Below are positions 1 to 8,211 of a stretch of DNA of 64,000 nt, piece after piece. Source of the stretch: an uncultured Syntrophomonadaceae bacterium. GTDB taxonomy: Bacteria; Bacillota; Dethiobacteria; DTU022. A program made the position numbers and the translations under genes. The notes below the pieces were generated by a model. It was not told where the DNA came from. It saw nothing but the letters and a program-made list of their open reading frames with translations, and made no database searches. Numbering within the stretch: position 1 is the first letter of the stretch; the number at the start of each line of letters is the position of its first letter. The stretch spans positions 32,829 to 96,828 of the forward strand of contig CAYTXG010000006.1 in the NCBI GenBank assembly GCA_964441025.1, given 5' to 3'.

Positions 1-1092
1 CATCATCCTGATCAAGGCCACCTCCAGGACGAACTGGGGATAATGAGCATACCGCATCTCGCCAACCAGCCCGTGCAGCAGCTCCACAAGCTCCAGCAGT
101 GAGTCACGGCTAAAGTAACCCCGATATTTTTTTAGAAGGCCCTCAAAACCGTAATAGCTTTCCTCGAGCTGCAGCCTGCCCGGGGCGCCGGCAATTAGCA
201 GCCTGCTGAAGTAAAATGTTAAATCCCTGAGCAGCAGCGTCAGATCCCTGCCGCTGTAAATGATCTCCTGAAGCGTTTGCAGCCCCGCTTCCAGTTCGCC
301 TGATGCAAGCGCTTCGACAAGGGAACCAATGGTCTCCACGCGGGTTACCCCCGTTACTGAACGGACATGTTCCGCTGATATGAGCTCTTCCCCGTAAGCG
401 CTGCATTGTTCCAAAAGCCCCAGGCCGTCCCTCATGGAGCCCTCGGCCAGTCGGGCCATGAGGCGCAGCGCCTCCTCTTCAACGCGCCATCCTTCGTCTG
501 CAGCCGCCTGCCGGAGCCTCGCCCCGATCTGCTCCACCGTAAGCAGGTGAAAATCAAAGCGCTGGCAGCGTGAAACAACCGTTGAGGGGAGCCGCGAAGG
601 GTCCGTTGTCGCCATAATAAAAATTACCCCTGGCGGTGGTTCCTCCAGGGTTTTCAGAAAGGCATTGCAGGCCTCGTTGGTCAGCATGTGCGCCTCATCA
701 ATTATGTAAACCTTGTAGCGACTCTCCCCGCTGGCATAGCGGGTCCTCTCGCGCAGCTCCCGGATCTCATCGATGCCTCGGTTCGAGGCGGCATCCATCT
801 CGATGACATCCAGCGAAACGCCGCCAGCGATATTGCGGCAGGGCGGGCATTCGCCGCAGGGCTCGGGGATGGGATAACGGTGACAGTTGACCGCACGGGC
901 CAGAATTTTAGCCGTGGTGGTCTTTCCCGTCCCCCGCGGCCCACAGAAGAGATAAGCATGAGCCAGCTGCCCCCGGGAGAGGGCATGGCTCAAAGTGCGG
1001 GTCACATGATCCTGTCCCGTGATCTGGGCAAAAGTCAAGGGGCGCAGCCGCCGGTAAAGACTGAGGTAAGTCGTCAAGAAAGACACTTCCAT
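1..1092 (-). CDS. dnaX: DNA polymerase III subunit gamma/tau, N-terminal 364 codons. The C-terminus runs off the left edge of the window
   Basis: The minus-strand frame from the ATG (complement of 1090-1092) reads MEVSFLTTYLSLYRRLRPLTFAQITGQDHV...YLFCGPRGTGKTTTAKILARAVNC(H)RYPIPEPCGECPPCRNIAGG...IDEAHMLT...EEPP. These are the Walker A, zinc-finger module and sensor motifs of DnaX. There is no stop codon within the window, so the ORF is absent from the ORF track. An SRP RNA lies immediately upstream, as in Bacillus scr-dnaX. Confidence 0.9.
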   Translation of the reverse strand, partial: MEVSFLTTYLSLYRRLRPLTFAQITGQDHVTRTLSHALSRGQLAHAYLFCGPRGTGKTTTAKILARAVNCHRYPIPEPCGECPPCRNIAGGVSLDVIEMDAASNRGIDEIRELRERTRYASGESRYKVYIIDEAHMLTNEACNAFLKTLEEPPPGVIFIMATTDPSRLPSTVVSRCQRFDFHLLTVEQIGARLRQAAADEGWRVEEEALRLMARLAEGSMRDGLGLLEQCSAYGEELISAEHVRSVTGVTRVETIGSLVEALASGELEAGLQTLQEIIYSGRDLTLLLRDLTFYFSRLLIAGAPGRLQLEESYYGFEGLLKKYRGYFSRDSLLELVELLHGLVGEMRYAHYPQFVLEVALIRMM

Positions 1093-1192
1093 TTCGGAAT
1101 GAGCCGTTTTCCATTCACATTTCCACCCGCCCGCTGTGCGGATAGAGAAGTGAGCTCCATAGTTGTCCTAATAGATAAGCTGATAATGTAAG

Positions 1193-1460
1193 GCCGTGCA
1201 CCTGCCTTTGATCTCCGCCCCCAGGCGCCGGCCGGGCAGTTGGCTCCAACCCGGCAGCCCCGTGGCACCCGCAAAATCTCATTTACCGCTGCTTCCTCCC
1301 GGACCTGACGGGGTTCATGAGTTTGCGCCGCACGGGACCGGGCCTTCAACACCACTTACCTGGTGCTGACCCTGAAAGCTGCGAAACCGGGGACAGGATT
1401 TCAACCCCGCTGCAGCGGATTGCGGGTACAGGGCACCGCTACCTCCCCGTCTAGCACGGC
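1193..1460 (-). ncRNA. ffs: Signal recognition particle RNA, long Bacillus-type (about 268 nt) with an Alu domain
   Basis: The reverse complement starts GCCGTGCTAGACGGGGAGGTAGCGGTGCCCTGTACCCGCAATCCGCTG, a near-identical match to the 5' end of B. subtilis scRNA. It contains the universally conserved domain IV motif GTCAGGTCCGGGAGGAAGCAGC and ends with GCACGGC pairing to the 5' end. It sits between tRNA-Ser and dnaX, as the scr gene does in Bacillus. Confidence 0.88.
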
Positions 1461-1473
1461 CAAACCATAAATA

Positions 1474-1569
1474 TGGCGGAGAGAGTGGGATTCGAACCCA
1501 CGAGACGAGGTTTTGCCCCGTCTACTCGCTTTCCAGGCGAGCGCCTTCGACCAACTCAGCCATCTCTCC
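1474..1569 (-). tRNA. tRNA-Ser (anticodon GGA)
   Basis: The reverse complement GGAGAGATGGCTGAGTTGGTCGAAGGCGCTCGCCTGGAAAGCGAG...long variable arm...GGGTTCGAATCCCACTCTCTCCGCCA has a cloverleaf with anticodon loop cT-GGA-aa, the GTTCGAATC T-loop and an encoded CCA. Confidence 0.9.
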
Positions 1570-1623
1570 ACGCCAGAACGATCCACCGATAAACCGGACA
1601 TCTTAAGTTGTGTTGCCACCCAT

Positions 1624-1651
1624 ATTATACACAGATCTTCGCAGTAATTCA
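1624..1651 (-). promoter_or_regulatory. Sigma-A type promoter for the tRNA-Ser / SRP RNA / dnaX transcription unit
   Basis: On the minus strand: TTGAAT, a 17-nt spacer, then TGTG-TATAAT (extended -10), about 45 nt upstream of the tRNA 5' end. Confidence 0.55.
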
Positions 1652-1817
1652 AGGAAGCGCGCCGGCCGATCCGCCCAGCTTTCCTGGCCTTTACAGCCGG
1701 GAAGCTGCTTCTCCTTCACCGGGCGCCACCGTACGTCGAGCCCGGCCAACGGGTGAAAAGGAGCGTTGAATAATCGCCCTTGAACCGTAACGACAGGGGC
1801 AAAAAGAATAAGCTAAG

Positions 1818-1850
1818 GGGCATTCCCAGTTGCCGGAAATGCCCCTGCGT
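1818..1850. terminator. Bidirectional rho-independent terminator downstream of the csp gene
   Basis: The inverted repeat GGGGCATT-cccagttgccgg-AATGCCCC is flanked by T/A runs on both strands. Confidence 0.5.
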
Positions 1851-1868
1851 TATCTTCTTTTTTAAAGA

Positions 1869-2066
1869 CTAAAGAGGGACAACGTTTTCCGCTTGTTTCC
1901 CCCGGTCCCCTTCGACAACATCAAAGGTAACCTCCTGGCCTTCCTCCAGTGTCTTGAAACCCTCGCTCTGGATCGCGGAATAGTGAACGAACACATCTCC
2001 GCCTTCCTCGGTTTCAATGAAGCCATAGCCTTTCTCCGGGTTAAACCATTTTACCTTGCCTTGCAT
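1869..2066 (-). CDS. Cold-shock protein (CspA family, 65 aa)
   Basis: [33 protein letters not shown]...[15 protein letters not shown] carries the canonical RNP1/RNP2 cold-shock domain motifs. About 350 nt of non-coding sequence upstream is consistent with the long csp 5' UTR. Confidence 0.95.
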   Translation of the reverse strand: MQGKVKWFNPEKGYGFIETEEGGDVFVHYSAIQSEGFKTLEEGQEVTFDVVEGDRGKQAENVVPL

Positions 2067-2420
2067 GTTTCACAGATCTCCTTAAAGTTAATTTGAATCA
2101 AAAAGCGGAACAACGTAAACCCCTTTTACGCTTTGAAGCACAAAATCGTTTAAGTTGACCCGTCTTTTCAACACCAACATGTACCCTACCACAACGGAAA
2201 CCAAAAATCAAATATATTCAAAGAGTTTATTAACATTCTTTTTTAAAAGCCGCATTTTTATACAGGCCGCCTCTCTTTTTTTGAACAGGCGATCACGCCG
2301 GTTGGCAACAACGGGGAAGAATACTGGAATTAAAGACCGGGACGGGGGAAAAAAGGACCGCAGCAGGGCGCCAGGAAACGTCCTGTCCCTGCACCCTTGC
2401 CGGGCAAAGAATACTGATTA

Positions 2421-2515
2421 TGGCGGAGAGAGTGGGATTCGAACCCACGAGGAGGCTCAACACCCCCTACTCGATTTCGAGTCGAGCGCCTTCAACCGGA
2501 CTCGGCCATCTCTCC
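2421..2515 (-). tRNA. tRNA-Ser (anticodon CGA)
   Basis: The reverse complement GGAGAGATGGCCGAGTCCGGTTGAAGGCGCTCGACTCGAAATCGAG...long variable arm...GGGTTCGAATCCCACTCTCTCCGCCA has anticodon loop cT-CGA-aa. Confidence 0.9.
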
Positions 2516-2558
2516 GTCTCTATTATACCAGCAGCACAGTCTTTGTAAAGTGCGCGCT

Positions 2559-3026
2559 TCAGGATCTGCGAACCCGGAAAAAATCCTGCAGCAGCGCGGC
2601 GCAGGCACTGTCCAGGACGCCGCCTGTTACGGACAGGCGGTGGTTCAACCTTTCATCCTGCACAATATTATAAAGGGTTCCGCAGCCCCCCCCTTTTGGA
2701 TCGGCGGCCCCGTAAACCAGCCGCTCCACCCGCGCCTGCACCAGGGCGCCGGCGCACATGGGACAGGGCTCCAGGGTCACGTAGAGGGTGCTTCCGGACA
2801 GTCGCCAGCCGCCCAGGGTCCGCCCCGCTTCGCGCAGGGCCAGAATCTCTGCATGGGCGGTGGGATCCCGCATCTCTTCACAGCGGTTCCGGGAGGCGCC
2901 GATGACGCTGTTCCCCCTGACCAGGATTGCCCCCACGGGCACCTCGCCGCAGTGAAAAGCCTGCCGGGCTTGCTCCAGGGCCATCTCCATAAAGTAGATA
3001 TCGGCATATTGGCGATTCATTTCCAT
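2559..3026 (-). CDS. tadA: tRNA-specific adenosine deaminase (A34-to-inosine on tRNA-Arg-ACG)
   Basis: MEMNRQYADIYFMEMALEQARQA...GEVPVGAILV...HAEILALREAG...LYVTLEPCPMCAGAL carries the CDA-fold zinc motifs HAE and PCxxC. The track ORF starts further upstream at 3116. I chose the MEMNRQ start for a typical length of about 155 aa; the start is uncertain. Confidence 0.85.
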   Translation of the reverse strand: MEMNRQYADIYFMEMALEQARQAFHCGEVPVGAILVRGNSVIGASRNRCEEMRDPTAHAEILALREAGRTLGGWRLSGSTLYVTLEPCPMCAGALVQARVERLVYGAADPKGGGCGTLYNIVQDERLNHRLSVTGGVLDSACAALLQDFFRVRRS

Positions 3027-3064
3027 GACGCTATTATATACCATTACCGGTAAAACCCCGCCCC

Positions 3065-3289
3065 TTATCCCTCCTGGACCTCCCAGTCCGAGTAATCCAC
3101 CATCATCTTTCTGCATTTTTTAAAGATGCGGGACGGAATAAAGAAATCCTTAAATGCATTGTTTCCCAGCAGCACCTCGCCCGGTTTTGGGAGCAGGGAA
3201 AAATTATGCCTGCTTTTCACCCAGGCCACCCTGCGCATGCCTTGCAAATAACCCTGCTCCATCCCGACGTGACAATAAGGACATTTCAT
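3065..3289 (-). CDS. Small zinc-ribbon protein (hypothetical, about 75 aa)
   Basis: MKCPYCHVGMEQGYLQG...KCRKMM has paired Cys motifs. AGAGGA lies 7 nt upstream of the ATG. The track ORF extends to 3496 and overlaps the next gene, so I chose the shorter start. Confidence 0.5.
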   Translation of the reverse strand: MKCPYCHVGMEQGYLQGMRRVAWVKSRHNFSLLPKPGEVLLGNNAFKDFFIPSRIFKKCRKMMVDYSDWEVQEG

Positions 3290-3392
3290 GGCAAATTCCT
3301 CTTTCCGCCCCGGGCGGGGCCGCCTTCCCAGGGGTGCGCCGGCTGTGAACCGCTGTAACTGATATCCATTCATCCTGATCCTGATGAAACAA

Positions 3393-4272
3393 CTAGATGT
3401 CAATACCCAGGAATTTCTTGACGGCAAGCCCGATAAAAAAGGCAATGAGCGCCACGCCCAGGCTGATGCCGGCCATCTCTCCGAAACGCCTGGCAAAGGG
3501 CAGATCCTTGGCCACGCTGATGTAGTAGTTGAAGAAGAGAATGATCAAAATGACCGTGGCCAGCATGGTGACCAGGGCAAGACCATAAGCGTGCTCCGGA
3601 TAAAGCAGGTAGGGCAGCACCAGCAGCACCACTGTTACCAGGTAAGCCGCCCCCGTGTACAGGCTGGATTTGAAAGCATTGGGATTGCCGTCGGCCCTCT
3701 CTGCCAGGTAATTGGAGGCGGCCATGGATAAGGTGGCCGACACCCCGGTGATAATACCCGTCAGGGCAACCAGCCGGGTGCTGGCCACGGCAAAAGTGAG
3801 GCCGGCCAGAGCGCCCGTCAGCTCCACCAGTGCATCATTGAGCCCCAGAACCATGGCGCCCACATACTGCAGGCGTTCCTCATCCAGCATGTTCGCCAGC
3901 TTCTCTTCATGCCTCTGCTCATCTTCAATGATCCCCGCTGCTTCCGGAATTTCCTGAAGCAGCTGCCTGTATTTTCTGCCCGTGGTGTACTCTCCCTTCT
4001 CCATGAGCTTGATCACAAAGGTATAGCCCATGAGCCGGCCGAGCAGGCCATACCATAAAATGTGCAGGCGCCTGGGCTTAACCTCGCGGTTAGTGTATTT
4101 TTCCCAGATGGCGGCATGCGCCAATTCCTCGGCGGCGATCTGTTCCAGCACAGCCTTATTCTTCGGATCCTTCTCCCGGCCGGCCATGCGGCTGTAGATG
4201 ACGTGATCGGTTATTTCAAACCGCTGATAGCTCATGAGCAGCTTTATGGTCTGTTCTGTCAATTTTGCGCTC
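3393..4272 (-). CDS. Ferritin-like (rubrerythrin/Er-type) domain fused to a VIT1/CCC1 family iron/manganese transporter
   Basis: The N-terminus AAEELAHAAIWEKY...EDEQRHEEKL shows diiron-type EX2H motifs. The C-terminus has five hydrophobic helices typical of VIT1/CCC1 (GLNDALVELTGALAG, SATLSMAASNYLAE). The probable start is GTG at about 4272, with GGAGG 7 nt upstream. The track ORF continues to 4331. Confidence 0.8.
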
Positions 4273-4477
4273 ACCTGTAAGCCTCCTTTTCTCTGTGACT
4301 TTGCCTGCGCCCCATCACCGCAGTCCCTCACCTTGAGCTCGTCCGGACTGCCGCTCCTGCTGCCCTGCCGGGCTTGCGCCTGCAGCGGCCCGATACAGCT
4401 CCCGGTCGCATATCGGGAGCAGCGGTTCGGGAAATTCCGGTTGCAGCGTTTTGGCTGCAGATGAAAAGCCGGCAGCC

Positions 4478-4954
4478 CTATTTGATGTATTCAACAGCTT
4501 CTTTGCCCGTAATATGCTCCACATCAACCGCTATGATCGAAGAGCGTGCACACCCGGCTATGGTATCCTCTCTTCCTTTTTCGGGTTGATCCCGGCAATA
4601 CTTTTCAACCAGGGCTCTGAAGGCCTTAATCCGCTCCTCACCCTGGACGATTCTGGCCTTGCCAAAGGCGATCACACTGCGGAAGTAAGTAGTGTATTCT
4701 TCACTGATGATCCTATCTTCATCCACTACCGAAAATGAAACCTGCGGATGCCTGGTAATTGCGTCCATTTTATGCCCCTTCTTTGCCGAATGGAAATATA
4801 TTTTTCCATCAAGGTAGACAAAGCTGAGCGGAACAGCGTAAGGATAATCGCCATCCCCCAAACAGGCCAGCACCCCGTTGGTACATCTGGCCATGACCTC
4901 TGCTGTTTTACCGGCCGCCAATTGCTGTTTGCTTCTTCTCATTTTCCTGAACAT
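4478..4954 (-). CDS. Pyridoxamine 5'-phosphate oxidase-like FMN-binding protein (PNPOx/NimA-like split-barrel family)
   Basis: GVLACLGDGDYPYAVPLSFVYLDGKIYFHSAKKGHK...SVIAFGKARIV is the typical PNPOx-like fold signature. Confidence 0.8.
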   Translation of the reverse strand: MFRKMRRSKQQLAAGKTAEVMARCTNGVLACLGDGDYPYAVPLSFVYLDGKIYFHSAKKGHKMDAITRHPQVSFSVVDEDRIISEEYTTYFRSVIAFGKARIVQGEERIKAFRALVEKYCRDQPEKGREDTIAGCARSSIIAVDVEHITGKEAVEYIK

Positions 4955-4984
4955 GCATTATTCCTCCGCTTTAATCATACATAT

Positions 4985-5464
4985 TTAAGCACTTACTTTT
5001 CCCCGGTGCTGCAGATGAATGCCGATATGGCCGATCCCTAGAATCACTATCGAAATGATCATCCAGATCACCTTCCCGTAAATGCCCAGGAGAAAAAAGG
5101 CGGCAACGGGCTGCGTGGCGCCGGCCACCGGCACACCGCAAAAACTGCTGTAGAAGTGCGCCATAGTCTTGCTGCTTCCAAAATACCTGATCCACCATCC
5201 CTCGTACATGAGCAATAGTACAACTGCGGCAACAAGCCACAGCGACCATGTCGACCACGGGCGCAGGTTGAAGTCCCTGAAACTAAGGGCCGTACAGGAA
5301 ACAAGGATCTGCCCGGCGCGTTCAAAGATCAAAAGCACCCTGTTCTCGCCGGCAGGGCTGTAACCCCCGGGCCGGTGTTTCAGCCAGATCAGGTTGGGGG
5401 TGAACAGCATCATTAAGAATATCAGTCCTGTATACGAAAACCCAGGTGCCCCATTGCCGGCCAC
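4985..5464 (-). CDS. Hypothetical integral membrane protein (4 predicted TM helices)
   Basis: It has hydrophobic segments (LIFLMMLFTPNLIWL, LWLVAAVVLLLMY, AAFFLLGIYGKVIWMIISIVILGI) and no recognisable catalytic motif. It is translationally coupled (ATGA overlap) to the upstream 68-aa ORF. Confidence 0.55.
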   Translation of the reverse strand: MAGNGAPGFSYTGLIFLMMLFTPNLIWLKHRPGGYSPAGENRVLLIFERAGQILVSCTALSFRDFNLRPWSTWSLWLVAAVVLLLMYEGWWIRYFGSSKTMAHFYSSFCGVPVAGATQPVAAFFLLGIYGKVIWMIISIVILGIGHIGIHLQHRGKVSA

Positions 5465-5466
5465 TC

Positions 5467-5673
5467 CTAGTAAATCTTTTTGAAAACCACCGTTTCTTCC
5501 TTGAGCGAAATTTTCTCGACTTGATACCCGTACCGGGTCAGCTCTTTTTTATATTTCAAAAAGGAATGATCCAGCCCGACCCCGGCGATCTTGCCAATCT
5601 CACCAGAGGAAAGCTTGATCCTGGAGCAATCTCTTTTTTTCACATACTCCCACAAGGGGTCATATTTACTCAT
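5467..5673 (-). CDS. Small hypothetical protein (68 aa)
   Basis: It is an ORF with compatible codon usage and an ATGA-type junction with the downstream membrane protein gene. I recognise no family. Confidence 0.45.
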   Translation of the reverse strand: MSKYDPLWEYVKKRDCSRIKLSSGEIGKIAGVGLDHSFLKYKKELTRYGYQVEKISLKEETVVFKKIY

Positions 5674-5718
5674 GGATCATCCCTCCCAGATTTGCTGGGG
5701 CCGCTGCCGCTGCACAGG

Positions 5719-6249
5719 TTACAGTTTGTTGATCATCTCCAGCGCCTTTTGAATATCTTTGGCTATGAGCGGCTGCATGCTTTCTTTGTATCGCATCGGA
5801 TCTGCATTGTAAAGCGCATTGACCACATATGCCCTGAGATCGGGCTTATATTCAACAATGGAGGGCAGCGCCTTGATGCACTGCCTTGCCGTAATGGGGC
5901 TGTTGTCCTGGACATGTTTCACATATAGATCAATGATCTCGTCGATTCGATTGCAGTCATCCCACCTGGCATTGGCGGCAATAAGGATAATCGCCCTGGC
6001 CCTGATATAGGAATTATGACGATCAAGCAACTCTACAAAAACATCAAAATAGGAATAGACAGCAGCAGAACGCTTGCTCTCATCTTCAAGCCGCTTCAGG
6101 CACTGATAAGCATGCTCATTATCGCTGCTTTCAAGTCCCTCCACCAGACTCTGCAGATCACCCAGATGATCACCTCCAGTAACGCGCATTCTCTCCAGCG
6201 CAGCTCCGCTGTGCTCCCCCTTGCCCGCGCTGGAGCGCTTATCCCGCAA
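5719..6249 (-). CDS. HEAT-repeat protein, DNA alkylation repair (AlkC/AlkD)-like. The start codon is uncertain
   Basis: It has repeated helical HEAT-like segments (AVYSYFDVFVELLDRHNSYIRARAIILIAANARWD...) resembling the DNA_alkylation family. It lies immediately downstream of an AlkD-like gene. Confidence 0.5.
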   Translation of the reverse strand: MRDKRSSAGKGEHSGAALERMRVTGGDHLGDLQSLVEGLESSDNEHAYQCLKRLEDESKRSAAVYSYFDVFVELLDRHNSYIRARAIILIAANARWDDCNRIDEIIDLYVKHVQDNSPITARQCIKALPSIVEYKPDLRAYVVNALYNADPMRYKESMQPLIAKDIQKALEMINKL

Positions 6250-6261
6250 CGCCCGCGGAAG

Positions 6262-6906
6262 CTAAAGATATTTGCTGGCCTCCCTGATGCTGAGAGGCGC
6301 CATCATGCCCCGGTGCCTCTCGATAAAACCGCGCACCCAGGCGGGGTCTGTTTTGCTGTATTGGCGCAGGCTCCAGCCGATGGCTTTGTTGATAAAAAAT
6401 TCCTCCTGCCCCAGGTTATTGACAATAATCTGCTCCAGCAGAACAGGGTCGGTCTTCTCCTTCCACATCAACTGGTGGTCGATGGAGATTCTGCGCAGCC
6501 AGATATTATCGTCTGTGCTCCACTCCAGAAGGATCGCTTTCGCCCCGGGGCAGCGCAGGGCGATATCCCCGATGACAACATTAAGGCCGTCAATGGTATC
6601 CCACCACGATTTTTGCACCGCCAGTTCGCGCAGCCTCGGTATATCCGCCGCTGTCAGCAGGGCCTTCATTTTGGATAGATAGTCAACGGCAAGATACTGG
6701 AATTCGCGCTCGGGCTGCCGCCAGCATTCTAATATAAAGTCCCATTCCACAATCCCTTGATCCATGCCCCTGAAGAAATTGCGGGAAAGCCTCCTCCGTT
6801 CCGGAGTGGCGATACCCAGAAAGGGGAACCGGTTGCGCATGTAAGCGCTCATGGGAGCGGCTTTTTCGGGGTTTGCCGCCAACCTGAATCGTTCAAATAT
6901 ATCCAT
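6262..6906 (-). CDS. DNA alkylation repair enzyme (AlkD-like HEAT-repeat DNA glycosylase family)
   Basis: 214 aa. ...PFLGIATPERRRLSRNFF...QPEREFQYLAVDYLSK...WWDTIDGL...INKAIGWSLRQYSKTDPAWVRGFIE matches the conserved C-terminal signature of the DNA_alkylation family. Confidence 0.7.
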   Translation of the reverse strand: MDIFERFRLAANPEKAAPMSAYMRNRFPFLGIATPERRRLSRNFFRGMDQGIVEWDFILECWRQPEREFQYLAVDYLSKMKALLTAADIPRLRELAVQKSWWDTIDGLNVVIGDIALRCPGAKAILLEWSTDDNIWLRRISIDHQLMWKEKTDPVLLEQIIVNNLGQEEFFINKAIGWSLRQYSKTDPAWVRGFIERHRGMMAPLSIREASKYL

Positions 6907-6916
6907 GGTCGCCCCC

Positions 6917-7267
6917 TCAGGCAGGAGTAGTCTTCCCGGCTGATTTGCCGCTTTTTTTCTTTTTCGGCTGCGGCACCTTCACCACAGGCAGGAGAGCGGC
7001 AATGACCTCCGCTGCCAGCTCCCGGTTTTCGACATCCAGGATGTAGTGCTCTTTTGCCCCCTCATAGGGGCAGCCTTTGTCGGCATTTCCCATCAGGCCG
7101 TCAAGAACAGGCAGAATTTTTACATAAACAGTGTTGTCGCAAACAAGGAGAATGGGTTTGTCATCGATGTAGACCAGATATTCGCCGAACATCTTTTTGC
7201 ATCGGAGAGCACCGGCGCCTTCAACCTGCTCGCAGACATACTCCACAAAATCGGCCGTTGTAGCCAT
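6917..7267 (-). CDS. TfoX N-terminal domain protein (stand-alone TfoX/Sxy-N)
   Basis: FVEYVCEQVEGAGALRCKKMFGEYLVYIDDKPILLVCDNTVYVK carries the TfoX_N signature (KMFGxxxxYxxGKxF). It has a Lys-rich tail. Confidence 0.7.
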   Translation of the reverse strand: MATTADFVEYVCEQVEGAGALRCKKMFGEYLVYIDDKPILLVCDNTVYVKILPVLDGLMGNADKGCPYEGAKEHYILDVENRELAAEVIAALLPVVKVPQPKKKKSGKSAGKTTPA

Positions 7268-7286
7268 CCCAACCCTCCCCGGCGGA

Positions 7287-7514
7287 TCAAAATATTTTTA
7301 TGATCCCGCCGTATTCTTCTGCCTTCTTCAGCAGCGACCCCCGGGCGACCATGGTAAAAGCAATATCGCTGCTCCGGATGCATAAAAGCGCCGCCCCTTC
7401 TTCAAGATTTACTCGCTCCCCAACTATGGACTGCATCAGACTGGTACTATTATTTGCCAAGCGAAAGAGATATTCCTGCTCGAGAAGGAAAGGGACAAAG
7501 GGGATGCCCGGCAC
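7287..7514 (-). CDS. Hypothetical small protein (75 aa)
   Basis: It is an ORF with coding-like composition and no confident family match. Confidence 0.35.
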   Translation of the reverse strand: MPGIPFVPFLLEQEYLFRLANNSTSLMQSIVGERVNLEEGAALLCIRSSDIAFTMVARGSLLKKAEEYGGIIKIF

Positions 7515-7713
7515 ATGCAGCAGCGGGATTACGTTAGTGTTACAATCAGAGAAGTTAAGGATAATTTACTCCATGGAAAAAGGGTTTTTGCAAAGCGGCG
7601 ATCCCATAAGCTACAACAAACCGCGGCGTCTATCGGATACAGGGCAAATTATGAAATTGTACCGGGCATTTCGGCCTTCCCGATTGTATTAGTAGTGAAA
7701 GGAGGGCAAGCCG

Positions 7714-8211
7714 ATGGCGAACTCTTTGTTACGTACGGACAAAGAGATTGCAGAAATTTACGAGCGCCATAAAAAGACGGTGTACCGCGTCTGCTTTGCT
7801 TACATGAAAAATCAGCCTGATACCGAAGACGTCGTCCAGGATACATTTTATCAGTTGATCAGGAAGGGGCCTGTTTTCGGGAGCGAAGAGCACGAAAAGG
7901 CCTGGCTGATCAGAACGGCTACGAATTTGTGCAAAAACGGTCTGCGGTACTGGTGGCGCAGGCGCAGAAATCTGGATGATTGCTGGGCTCTGCAGGAGAA
8001 CGGCGATGTGGAGATCAGCGACACCCTCAGCGCAGTGATGGAGCTGCCCGAAAAATACAAGACGGTAGTCTATCTCTACTACTACGAGGGATACAACAGC
8101 GTGGAGATCTCCAGGATTCTCGGCAAACCCGGATCCACAATCCGCAACCATCTCCATGGAGCGCGCCGGGCCCTCCGGGACAAATTAGGTGGTGATTTCG
8201 ATGAAACATAG
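7714..8211 (+). CDS. ECF-family RNA polymerase sigma factor (sigma-70 regions 2 and 4)
   Basis: Region 2 is DTEDVVQDTFYQLIRKGPVF and region 4 is [47 protein letters not shown] lies 7 nt upstream of the ATG. Confidence 0.9.
   Translation: MANSLLRTDKEIAEIYERHKKTVYRVCFAYMKNQPDTEDVVQDTFYQLIRKGPVFGSEEHEKAWLIRTATNLCKNGLRYWWRRRRNLDDCWALQENGDVEISDTLSAVMELPEKYKTVVYLYYYEGYNSVEISRILGKPGSTIRNHLHGARRALRDKLGGDFDET

Noticed and set aside
688-1191. 167-aa plus-strand ORF, and other short ORFs at 702-986 and 908-1114
   Set aside because: They lie antisense to or out of frame with the dnaX coding sequence. dnaX shows clear DnaX motifs on the minus strand. The plus-strand translation is Ala/Gly/Arg-rich, a high-GC artefact.
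1401-1652. 83-aa minus-strand ORF
   Set aside because: It overlaps the SRP RNA 5' end and the tRNA-Ser(GGA) gene. It is explained by the structured RNA genes, not a protein.
2155-2673. 172-aa plus-strand ORF
   Set aside because: It spans the tRNA-Ser(CGA) gene and the csp upstream region on the wrong strand relative to all neighbouring genes. The composition is low-complexity.
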